DNA of 64,000 bases from Lingula anatina (taxonomy: Eukaryota > Animalia > Brachiopoda): assembly GCA_051362555.1 (NCBI GenBank), contig CM120645.1, forward strand, positions 17,050,001 through 17,114,000, read 5' to 3'. The notes under the pieces are model-generated. The model searched no databases. It had not been told where the DNA came from and saw nothing but the letters and a program-made list of their open reading frames with translations. Both the position numbers and the translations under genes were made by a program. Every line of letters starts with the position of its first letter. Positions within the stretch are counted from its first letter, which is position 1. Shown here one piece after another: positions 1 to 11,833 of the stretch.

Positions 1-52
1 GTCGATCTAAAACTTAATCTTTAGATCGATCTAAATCTCTGGGAAAGCACCC
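1..52 (-). mobile_element. Terminus of a MITE (same family as 51665-51890), truncated by the window edge
   Basis: Reverse complement gggtgctttcccagagatttagatcgatctaaagattaagttttagatcgac closely matches 51665-51716 gagtgcattcccagagatttagatcgatccagagatttagatttagatcgac. Confidence 0.75.
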
Positions 53-87
53 AAAGACTGAAATATGCAATTTCTCTTTCATTGCAG

Positions 88-277
88 TCGCTATATTCTC
101 ATCAACCATCCTAAGCGCAGGTCACCATACACCACTCCTACTCCACTGGAGGAACAGCTTCTGAAGCAGAGGTTTCCCGAGCAGTCAAAGAGGATCCTGC
201 CCAAACCAGCCAGGGACAGGGACAGAGTGTCACGTGCTCACCTGGCGGAGTACACCTCCCTGCCTTTACACTTCTAA
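88..277 (+). CDS. Terminal coding exon of an unidentified upstream gene (...RYILINHPKRRSPY...HLAEYTSLPLHF*)
   Basis: Polypyrimidine tract plus acceptor tttctctttcattgcag at 71-87, GC-richer open frame to TAA at 275-277, then AT-rich 3'UTR-like sequence. Product not recognised. Confidence 0.7.
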
Positions 278-2468
278 CAAGGAGATGAGATTGTTGCTCT
301 GTTGGTGAAATAGCAGACTTCCTGTGCAATGTAACACAACACCGACAAAGCCACACAGTGGCTCTGAAATTAGATGATTGAGTGACATGAAATTGTTTTT
401 TTTTTTTTTTGTAAGACCAAATATAGCAAACAAGCGCCAGTAGTTGACCTTATCAAGCATAGCGTAGTAAGGAAAACTGGCAGCTAAACTTGAATTATGC
501 AGGAACAGCTTCCATTATCATACTTTGCCCAAAATGTCTGAATGGCATATTTTGCTCAAGCCATCAAGTTTGTAGCAAATGAATGAAACTAGAATACACA
601 AAAGGTTCAGAATAGTTGGAGGGTTGGAGTAAAGTGTGGGAAAATACTTTAGACCAAGTGCCATATGCCTGAGAACCCATCATGCATAGTTTTTATATGC
701 CAGCATTTTTATTGTAGACTCTGAGCTGTAAGTATGTAAACTTTTATAATTATTTAAAAAAAGATTTGTGATAGCAAAGAATGTTATGTGACAAAGCGTA
801 CAGTTAGTTGTGTTGTTTAGATGCTATGTTGTGTTTGTTTTTGTCTACTGTTTGTGTAAACAGTAGCTGGTATAGTATATTGAGAGATCTGTGATGTTGT
901 AGTTCTACATTGAAAGAATGTGCAAAACTGTGATCAAGTTATTTTTAGTTAACAACATTTTGTTTTACAGTCAATGTTTTAATAAGAGTAATGGATATTT
1001 GAATGTAAACTCAAAGTTGATATTTTTGCTTGTGATGTATAAATATTATTGTCATTATCCAAATATATACAACATTTGTGTCTATAAAATGTTTTTGTTA
1101 TGTAAAACATCTAGCAAAGGACATAACAGTAACATCAACATTATGTCAACTGTAAACATGACGTTGCTGCTGATAATTATCTACAATCTATTAGACATAA
1201 TAATGCATATGCTTGAGCTTCAGCTAATTCAAGTTATAAATTTGTTATATTTGCCAGTTGTATAATGAACATGTACTTTACTTAATAGGTACTGGCACCA
1301 TGTATGTATTCATACTATACATTGGCAATTTCCAATAGAACCTGCTGAATTCAGCTACAATTCATAACAAATACTATCAAAATTTCAAACTGTTTTCTAG
1401 GTAAAAATGACACCAAGAGATTGCTTCCATTCAAGGTAAACAAAGACCTAAATGTTGCAAATTTTTAAAAAGTATGTTATCAGTAAAATTAGCCATTTTC
1501 ATTCAGAAAAAAAAAATGCTGTTATGAAATTAAACTTCACAACAGTTACATAATAATAACCTTTACAATAAGGTTGTTTCAAACTTCTTGAATATATATA
1601 TCTCACCATTAATCAAAATACTAAATCATTACAATCTTGTAAAACTTCTATCTGTATGCAAAATTTACAGATATAAATTATTAAATTCATAACATAATAT
1701 AGCGATTGATAGTGAAATCAAATATTGGCATAAGCTAAAAAATTAGCAAAACTTATCAGCACATAGCCTCGATATCACTGTAACTTAAAAGATGGTAGGA
1801 TTAACTGTGCTCAATAATATTATTCTACCATATTAAAGTATGCTGTATTACATAATTTCAGCTGAAATTGAAAAATTCAAAGGGCATCTCACATTTTTGA
1901 GTAATGTGGGAATCACTTGAATGTTTGACAATCATCAATCAGCTACCAGTATCTCTGTCAATCTTAGTCTAATTACAAATCAAATTAAATTTGATAGCAC
2001 ATTTAATTTTAATCATAGACATTTTTAAAAGAAAAGACATCTCGTGAATTTAAAACATATGGTTTGCATGTTGTATTTACACTTTCTTTTTTCTGTTTCA
2101 ACTTTTTGAATTATCTATTAATATTTTAGTTAAACTTAATCAGTTGACTTACTGAAATCTTATGGATTGTTCTTATGGATTAGATGATAGTTTCAATGAC
2201 CATGACTGCTACTGTTGATTCCCCTCCAAAATGTGCGTTTCTGATCAGAGATTCTAAGTGCACTGATATGTACAGTTTGCCCTCACTGTTGCCAACCTAC
2301 ACACTTATAAAATTTCTTTTCTTTTTTTGAAAAAATAATCTTTCTCATCAGTTTTCACATATTTTTAGGAAGTATGATAAAAAGAAAGATACAGGCATTT
2401 TGAGTGCTATAATGTTAAGCTCAACATATCAATAAATAAAATATTCAGGCCAAATGATAAATTGTTCA

Positions 2469-2559
2469 TCAGAGTGGTGATGGCGGCACCCATTTGTAAG
2501 TCCCACTGTATCTAAAACCTACTCTCTGACAGAGGGCATCACCTTCTGCAGGTCCACGG
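2469..2559 (-). CDS. G6PD: G6PD distal alternative terminal exon ([30 protein letters not shown])
   Basis: Acceptor ttctcttttcag, 91 nt, compatible with the phase-2 end of exon 5368-5199, TGA stop. Confidence 0.88.
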
Positions 2560-5500
2560 CTGAAAAGAGAAGAATGTTTTTTAAAGAAGAGTTAAGAAAT
2601 TTTCATTATTAAGCTGCATTTGTTATACTGGACTAGATAGAACCCAATACATATATCTGTATGGTGTGTATGACATATCTGACTAATATGTAAATAAGCT
2701 GTGCAATCCATTTAAAGCACATGACACAAAGATGCTGACATGTTTTATGATATGAACGCAGAGCTGTGCAGGAGCTAAAAAGCTTTAAGCATGAGAATAA
2801 GTCCTCAATCGTTGTTTTAACAAGTACTACATCATTTGGACACATCATTGAAATATATTACCAAAAACCCAAAACACATGTAAGGCTTAATTTATCAGTA
2901 ATTAAGAATTTGAAAATATACAAATACCAGCTATAATTAAAAACATCAACTTCAAGTAAACTTTAGTCCGTCTTCACATCAGGACTAACTTAGACCAGAC
3001 AGTGACTACACTGCATCATACAGCCTGATAATTACATGCACCATGTTTACCATAACTCCCTGGTCTAAATTATTCCTGGTGTGAACACAACATAAAATCT
3101 TTATCATCACTGTCCACCTGATGAGGAAGGGAGGGGGAGGGTCCAACACCAAATCAAAAAGTTATTTAAAATTTAGTACCATAACTTCTTGATTAGCAGG
3201 TGCAATGATTAAACAACTCTTTAGATAAGTGCCTCATAAAAAATTGATCCTTGATCTATGGTATTCACTGAGCAATCACATTTAACCAAATTACAATCAT
3301 GCATGATTTTCAAGAGCTGGAAATAAATATTAATATGAAGATAATCATTAAAATAAAGGTTCTGTGGAGTTTGCAGCAGTTATGGTGTTTAAAGCAACAA
3401 AGAAACATCTTATGCACACTGTAATTAGTAAATCAACATCAATTTAAGATTTGCTGAAATTTCAAATCTCAAATTACTATTTTTAGAATATTAGCTGAAC
3501 TAACATGATTACTATAAAGTGTGCAGTAACAAGCTGTGCCTGCTTCATCAAGCCACGCTGCTGGTAGCTAATTGCTACTGCATGGCAATAAATTTGTTGT
3601 GTTCTTTATAAATATAAAACAATCTACAGTTAATAACTACATGGCTTTATGAAAAAGCTGCAGATTAGATTTTCCAAGCAAAAAATTGTGAGCTTTAACA
3701 ATTCAGTCAACATAAAGAGGTTTTAAATTAGAAGAGCTATGTGCAGGGTTGATGGTGCTATTGCTGCTACAACTAACAGCTAAACTGGACACACTGGCCT
3801 GTGGCATTGTGTTGAATGCAGCAAATTAATTTATACATTTTGCATCTTTTAAGAACTTTTGTATCACTGCAAATTTGTGTATAAATAAAACATAAAATTT
3901 TGATTAAAATAATAGCAGGACCAGCTCTGGTAAAATAATGTCCATGCTGGAGTTATAGCAGCATATGCATAGCCAACCTGCTCTCAAGCTGTTAATAGAA
4001 GATGATGACACCCCAGTCCAGTGCATGTTAAGACTACAAAGAACACCCAATCTTAGTAGCTACAACTAACAGTATTAACCAGACCTTGAATGCAAAGCAC
4101 TTAAAGAGCACTTTCTTGTTTCCATTTGTAAGTGCCAGTGTATTTAAACCCTACGCGGGCACAAAGCTCATCTCCCTGGGGTGGTCCTCGGCTGAAGTTA
4201 AAAGGAAGCAAACTTGGTCTAAACAGGATTAAAGAGTGATTGAAAATAAAAGCCCCTGTAGATGCAATAGGCACATTAATCTGCTCCCATCAGAGTAACC
4301 GAATTTATGAAAAATGAAAATAAAAAATGTAAAAAAAAAATGAATAAAAGAAGAATGAGACAACCTCTTGAATGAATATTGTCTCCATAAAACAAAGTTA
4401 AACTTATCATTATAATGTATGTTAGAAACAACTGAACCTTGTGCAGCTTGTATGTTCATTGAATATTAGTTTTTTTTTTTTTAACTTTCTAAAATTTTTC
4501 CTTTTACTATCCACTATTAGGGAATTTTTGCATTTTTTTAAAAATCAAAATGAACTTAAAATAAATTCCCCAGCCTCTCTCTCCCAGTAACTCAGTAGTG
4601 TGAAGAATTACTGTGTTGCAGCATTTTGGCACATTTCAGAATGTTAAGTTTTGGTCAAGTGCTTTGTGCATATTATCTTTTAAAAAGAGTAGTAAAATTC
4701 AATAAACAAAAGAGTCACTTAAAAAAAGATGAAAAACCATGGATATTTAATCAATTTGAAACCAAAATGGCTCAAACAAATTGAAATTAATTTCAAGCCT
4801 GTCAACCAAAGTAAAAATGTTTGAGTTAGCTCAAAGGTTAATGTGGGCTGTGCAATATTATAACACACTGCTCCCAAAGTCAAAGATTAAGCTACAACTA
4901 CAAAAAACTTGGGTCTTGAAACATTTAAAAAGAAATGCAAACCTTACCAGGAAGTAGAGAAATTGTAGATAAAAAGGTATATCAAAGAACAAGCAAATCA
5001 ATACATGCTTATAGAATGACAAAGATTTATATTGTAATTTAAAATTATAATAATAGTTACGAAATAAAATTCATATATCCAGCTAACTGTAGACTGACAA
5101 GTTGGTCACAACATGCATTCTAACTACTAACTTCAATAAGAGTTGGAAAAAAGCTAAAAAAAATATCAAATAAATCAGATAGTCTTTTTAAATGTTACCT
5201 TCCATAAACATAATCAATGGGCTTCTGCTTCTGCCTCTCAATGGTGTGCAGCAAGGGAGTAAATATCTTCCATGCCGCAGCCAATTCATCAGAACGGACA
5301 AAATTAATCTGGCTGCCATGGAAGACATCTAGAATCAGGCGCTCGTATGCATCTGGTAGCTTGGCATCCTGGGAAAGCAAATAAACTAAATAAATACACC
5401 TAATCTATGCATATTAGCATGTTTTTCCATAAGTAATGCTTTCAAACAAAATTTTAATCCTCTCCAAGTAATATCATATCATATTTATTTACAAGCAAAC

Positions 5501-8500
5501 CTTTACTAGTAAGTATATCTTCCCATCTTGAATCATAGTGTTTATAAGGAAAAATCATCACACTGACAACAACTTATCAGATTGTAGCCAAATCACAGTC
5601 ACTGTCTCTTGACATATTAAAAAAACTACCTTATATCTACTTCCAAAAGTCCAGCTCTGTCTCCTCACACTCAAACCACTACCTTATATCTACTTCCGTA
5701 TGTCAAGTCCAGCTCCGTCTCCTCACACTCAAAACACTACCTTATATCTACTTCCGTATGTCAAGTCCAGCTCCGTCTCCTCACACTCAAACCACTACCT
5801 TATATCTACTTCCCTATGTCAAGTCCAGCTCTGTCTCCTCACACTCAAACCACCAACTTATATCTACTCCCGTATGTCAAGTCCAGCTCTGTCTCCTCAC
5901 ACTCAAACCACTACCTTATATCTACTTCCGTATGTCAAGTCCAGCTCTGTCTCCTCACACTCAAAGCCAATCCCAGGTTTCTTGGTCATCATCTTCATGT
6001 ATACTGCCTCATTTGGCTGGACTCTGAGAACCAGTTCATTTCTCTGAGTGGCCCCATTAAATATGTCTCCAGGGACGTCCCTGAATTGCACGCGTAGCTC
6101 TGCTTTTCTTTCATTGAGGGCTGAAATTATAAAGCCATGCATGTCATTTAGTGACAAATTGAGGTTACAGTGAAAATGTTGTACTTTATTTTTACAAGTT
6201 AGTTTGAAAAAAAAAAAAAAAAGAAGACAAGCATAAATTGATATTTCAATTATTTCTTTTTTTTACTTGGCAACACAAAGAAAGTAAGACTCAGTTTCTT
6301 ATTTAGAAAACAAGCCGTATCCTGCTTGTTAAAATTAAAAATTTGGAAATATCAATAAGCATTGTCAAGTTCTTTTAGAAGAGCAATTCTTAAAAATTAT
6401 ATCATAAATATGAAATTATTCTAAAACTTTCTAAAGCAGAGAAAAAGTATAAATTTCATTTTTTTTTTGAGGGGGGAAGGTTGGGTTAGTTTCACAATTT
6501 ATACAAAGAGTACTTCAAGCAGTTCTCACCTTTGCCACACCTTATAATGAAAGGCACTCCATCCCACCTCTCATTTCTCACATACAGCACTGCCACAGCA
6601 TAGGTGGGGGTCCTGGAGCCTGCAACACAGAGAGCAGAGAAAATCATAGCATGAACTGTTTCGAAAAGATAATTTTCTTATTACTATAATTACTGACATT
6701 AATCTTTAATATCCAGTATCATATTTAAAATGTCAGTACTCTTGCCCCTTTCATTTTTTTGTAAACAGATTGTCGAATAATCAATTAAGAAACTTGAATG
6801 TAATCAAATTAACATCCTTCAACTACCATTGCATCCCCTCTTTTTCATCCAATCTACCCAACCAAGTCTTAACTGGTACAGCCAATGTGCTTACAGTCCA
6901 ATATTATTTGATGCCACTCACCTTTGGGTACGGTGGGGTCGTCCAGATACCCCAGCTTGGCGTCCCCCTCGCCATTGGGATCACCTACATACTGGCCTAG
7001 AACCACATCCTCCATCTTGATTTTAGAAATGCTCCTTAGCACCTTCACCTGTGGTAATATAAACACAGACAATTTTATTTTATATATGAATGGATTTCTT
7101 CAAGTGGTCAAAGATTAAGATGGGCTGAAAACGTATTGTGATTGTTTGACAATTACTGACTAATGCTCCCAGTAGTTCTCATTAGAAGGATATCTAAAAA
7201 GAATAGACAAAGATCTCAAAATTTTATCATTAAGAGTAACAGCTATCATGTCATATTTCCTAGAATGATTCAATTTACAACTGTTTATCACAATGGATCT
7301 TGTACCATAACCAAACCAAAGAATTTTAGTGTGTGAATATAAATTCTCATTCAAATTTTAATTTAAAAATGTGTTACAGATTCAAAATATGTATACAATT
7401 TGGGAGTACATGCAGAAGAGGCCATTTGTTCACCTTTTCATCTCTAATATCTTCAGCATTGGTGGTGGCTGGCTTCTCCATGGCAGTTAGACACAGAATC
7501 TGGAGCAGGTGGTTCTGCATCACATCTCTGTACAGAAACAATAGGCAGTTTTCATCAGTAAGAAAGTTATTTTAGTTCTTACCAATATAAAATTGTCATA
7601 TAATAAATAAAACATATTTCATTTTATACTATCCACATAAATTCTTAAAAGACATCGCTTTTTCTTTTTTTTTTTTTTGAACATCCTTCATCTTCTTCAC
7701 CTTTCAAAAAGCCTATCATCAATTACTTTGAAATCAACATTCTGAAACAAATGACACAATTCTACATATTAAATATTGTGCCTGCAAAAGTCACAAAAAT
7801 GCAATTATAATACAAAGTGTAATGTCTGTACCCACGTTGTTCAAAGGATTTCCACATGACTTCTACCTAATATTTTATCATAAATTTGCCTTCAGGTACC
7901 TTATAATTCCAAACTCATCAAAATACCCTCCTCTTCCCTGTGTACCAAATGGTTCCTTGAACGAGATCACCACAGCCGAGACATTATCCCTGTTCCAAAG
8001 TGGGCCAAATATGCGATTGCCAAACCTGACAAGAGAAAAATATATATTCCAGTGAAGGAAAATATGTGAGAAAATATATTTTGATACTGCTTCACCCCTA
8101 TTTAAAAACAGCACTGTACGTACTCTAGTAAACATTTTTTCTGGATAATAATATCTACAATAAATTTTTGTATTTCCTAGTATATATCTTTTGATGACAT
8201 AATACAGTTTCACATACAAAGAAAAAATTCCAGTATATTCTTAACTTCACATGAGTTGTCTGCACTCTTATTTCAATGTATTAGAGGTGACAAAATTAAA
8301 CCAGCCCATCACTTACCGGAGAACCATGAGATTCTGCACCATTTCCTTCCCAAGATAATGGTCTATTCTGTAGATCTGATCTTCCGTGAACAAAGAAGAC
8401 ACATGATTAGACAGTTTGTCCGAGCTCTCCAGATCCTTGCCAAATGGTTTCTCTATGATCACACGGCTCCAAGCTCCACTGAAACAGATATTGAATTTAC

Positions 8501-9883
8501 AGGAGTGAAAAGAACAGCAGACGCTGATTTAAAATATGATGACAGATGATATTGCTGCTAGAAGTAAGTTCACTCATATTTCAAAGTTTGTTTTTTTATT
8601 TAGATTTTTTGAAGATGTTTTATACTAAATTTATTAGTAATTCTTTTGCAAAATTAAAGTTTTTCATTTTTCAAATGATTTATGCAATAATTTTTATTTT
8701 AATAGCCCATAACCTGGCTTTTACTACTAATACATTTCCTTGCCCAAACGGAATATAAAAGAATACTTTGCAAGTAAAATGGTGCACTCTATTACAGAAT
8801 ATTCAGTCCCCCAATTGAAAGAGTGACGACTTATAGATGTCTTTATTGTAAGTGTTAATCTCATTGTGAAAATAAATTATCATACTTGCTGAGCATTGTC
8901 TGCATTTTGAATTTTCCATCAAAATCAAATCATTCTATTGATATCAGTCAAATGCAGTACTGCTCTGGCTTCGTTTACATACATTTGTATTACAAGCCTA
9001 CTTTTAGGGAGTGTACATGTAGAAGAGAACCATCTCGTGGTGAATTGTAAGTGTCTGATAAAATTTTGAAGACATTCATCTCTACTGGTCAGTCTTCCAG
9101 ACATAATCATGGGCCATACACTTCTCCTTCACCAGTCTGGTAACATTAGCAAATGCACTGGGTGGGAGAGAAACTTAGACTGAGTTCCCATGCCTAGATC
9201 AATCTAACAGGATCAATCCATCTCCAAGGGGTTTTTCACTAAATTGCTCTCAGCTTAAGCAACTTAGATGTCTATCATGCCTACTGAAGATGCTAAATGA
9301 TAATTACCCCCTAGCAGCTTCAGTAGGCATGGCAGACATCTAAGCCACTTCAGTTGATAGCAATTTAGTGAGAATCCCCTCAGAAATAGATCGAACCCAA
9401 GTTAGTACGATAGGGGCTGGGGATGGTCCCTTACTCATGAGCCATACACTTCTCCTTCACTAGTCTGGTAACATCAGCAAACACACTGGGTGGGAGAGCC
9501 AGGTAGAACAATCTGTTGGCAGGGGCACTTATCTCAGTGGCCTTAATGGCTTCGTCAAGTTTGACAAAATCGTCTGCTTTGTCATATGAGCCTGCTACAT
9601 ATGAATTCATCTCCCAGAATGCTGCTGCCTTTTCTCTTTCACTGTCAGCAACCTAAGAGCAATTTTCATGGTAACTGAATTACATGTAACTGAGTTACAT
9701 ATATAAATTAATTTAATAAGACCTCTGTCAGGATATTAACTTTGCACATGTGTAAAGGTTATTCCAGGATATTAAATAAACACTGCTGTTCCCTCCTAAA
9801 GTTAGACAACATTAGCTGATGGCTTATCATCTCCATGTGTCATATTTGATGATAAATGTAGGATGTAATTGATCATTTTACAA

Positions 9884-9934
<51 letters not shown>

Positions 9935-11110
9935 GTGCTGAGATATACCTTCATATGTGGCTCTGCCTTTTCCCTTATAGCATCCACTGTGAGTTTGGAC
10001 CTTGCATAGCCTATAAAATATGTATTGCTGGGGAGAAGGTCATCTCTGAATAAAGCCCTAAAAATATAAACAAATGCTACCAATGCTCAGATCAGAAAAA
10101 ATTACCAATTTGATATAGTGCAATGATTCCAAGCCCCTCGTTGGTATATATGCACAGAACATCTATGATCTTTACCTATAACCATCTCAGAATACAAAAC
10201 TCCATTTGTACAGAAACTCACTCATAAAAATACATTTATACAACAAAATGTATAATTGCATTAATTTTATACATTATTGACCTGATTGCTCACATTTAAG
10301 TATAACAATGTCACGTCCACCGCGTAGTTATATATTTCTGAATTTCTGCAAATTTTATTAAGTGTTCACTTACCAGAGTGTTGGGTAAATTTTCTTTTTT
10401 GCAAGATCTCCCTAGAAATGAAAAAATATATTTTTTAAATGCCATAATCATTTGTCAAGTTCAATAGTACATATGCCAATTATCATGATTTTTATGGACA
10501 AAAGGTTGTGAAGACTAATGTTCAATGACAGTCCATAGTAAAATTCAAATATTTTTTTATTGCCAGAAAGGTGACCCTAACTTTCAGACTGTATGGTTGT
10601 AGAATATTTAGCTAATGTTTCACAAAAAGAAAGATGTTGTCAGTGCTGAAGTTGCCACAATTATCATGGTAATATACTACAATTCATACTGGCCGGGTCA
10701 GAAATTTCCAGTCTTAAAGTACATGCGTAATTATATGTCAATCTTATAACTTAAGTTTCAAATTTTCTTCTCAAATATGCGCACAGAGTTATATCTGAAG
10801 AGCTTAGAACCAAAAAACAGATGTTGGGCATAGAATGCAACTAGTTCTGAAGAAAAGAGGGAATATACCCTCTATCTATGGTATAAAGTAAGCTTGATCA
10901 AACAGCCCATAGAGAACATAGTCACTTAGAAGGGTCAACCAATCTTGAATGTAAACACGCCTTTATGGTTCACTCACTGTCAAAAGATGGTCTAGGAGAA
11001 AGAATGTGCTGATCATAGGCAGCTAGGGTTTTACTATTGGAGTTGAAGTGGGGAGGGGCCACAGGGGAAGAATGAAAGATCTTTGCCATGCTTCAAATGC
11101 CAGAATGCAT

Positions 11111-11156
<46 letters not shown>

Positions 11157-11833
11157 TCACACATTTAATAGGGGGTAATGACCCGATACATGTATATCTA
11201 GTGCAAATTTGCATAACCAGATAAACTTGAACACTTCCATTACGCCATGTGTTAATACTACCAGAAATAATGGCAATCTAATTGATTTACAACCACACGG
11301 TCGAGGACCGGGCCAAGATTTTACACTGATATCAACACTTAACTAATGCAAATGTATTTTTCTTATGTTCTGCATCTCTAAGAACATTATCATCTAAAAT
11401 ATATTGACTAAGAAACATTCTTTTCATTTTTGGTGTACGTATGTATGCCAATACATGGCTCAAATAACAACTGTTACAGGCAATTTAACAAATGTATCTC
11501 ACTACAATGTTTAATGCATCCTTTTAAGCAATTATAATAATAAAATTAACTTTCTTTTTGGTAATTCTCCAATGAATCAATGTGCTGATAGCAAATTCTA
11601 TCCCCATCTAATATCTATAAACTCACCTGAGAACAGAAGAACATGACAGAGTAATAAATAAATGCACTTACCGATGCCCCAAACACAACAAATGCAAAAG
11701 AATTGTCATTGCTGTAAGTTCTCTTCTTTAGAAACTCCTTGGAGTCAAATGGGTTTTTCATCTGGGTGCTCATGATGCTGGGTTGCCTGGGTCCAGAGCT
11801 AAATCCCTGCTTCTTCCTGTATTCCCTATACAT
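2469..11833 (-). CDS. G6PD: Glucose-6-phosphate 1-dehydrogenase, ~530 aa
   Basis: Exons 11833-11672, 10411-10374, 10057-9949, 9652-9435, 8478-8317, 8025-7900, 7527-7434, 7048-6922, 6619-6530, 6120-5915, 5368-5199, then 4191-4101 or 2559-2469. All introns GT-AG and phase-consistent (1593 nt). Motifs: GASGDLAKKK (NADP binding), [14 protein letters not shown] (catalytic), [23 protein letters not shown]. The start at 11833 is the least certain part. Confidence 0.97.
2966..3092. mobile_element. Short MITE with ~33-bp imperfect TIRs, PIF/Harbinger-like
   Basis: Left gtccgtcttcacatcaggactaacttagaccag versus reverse complement of right gttgtgttcacaccaggaataatttagaccag; flanked by tta/taa. Confidence 0.65.
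4101..4191 (-). CDS. G6PD: G6PD proximal alternative terminal exon ([30 protein letters not shown])
   Basis: Acceptor ttttaacttcag, 91 nt, compatible with phase 2, TAA stop. Confidence 0.88.
5625..5965 (-). repeat. 58-bp minisatellite x~6 made of the G6PD exon 3' end plus splice donor
   Basis: Unit ttgagtgtgaggagacagagctggacttgacatacggaagtagatataag|gtagtggt (minus strand). The first copy is the real exon end, donor at 5914. Confidence 0.95.
9103..9174 (-). repeat. Diverged duplicate of the 3' end of G6PD exon 9652-9435
   Basis: ctctcccacccagtgcatttgctaatgttaccagactggtgaaggagaagtgtatggcccatga versus exon ctctcccacccagtgtgtttgctgatgttaccagactagtgaaggagaagtgtatggctcatga. Confidence 0.9.
9178..9430. 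mobile_element. Palindromic PIF/Harbinger-like MITE with TTA target-site duplication
   Basis: Long internal inverted repeats (cactaaattgct...agcaatttagtg; cttagatgtct...agacatctaag; catgcctactgaag...cttcagtaggcatg). TTA at 9175-9177 and 9431-9433. Opposite-orientation copy at 50894-51329. Confidence 0.85.
9889..9931. repeat. (GA)n microsatellite
   Basis: Direct read. Confidence 0.95.
11113..11153. repeat. (CA)n microsatellite
   Basis: Direct read. Confidence 0.95.

Noticed and set aside
5700-6097. Three + strand repetitive ORFs ([11 protein letters not shown]...)
   Set aside because: Antisense read-outs of the 58-bp G6PD donor array.
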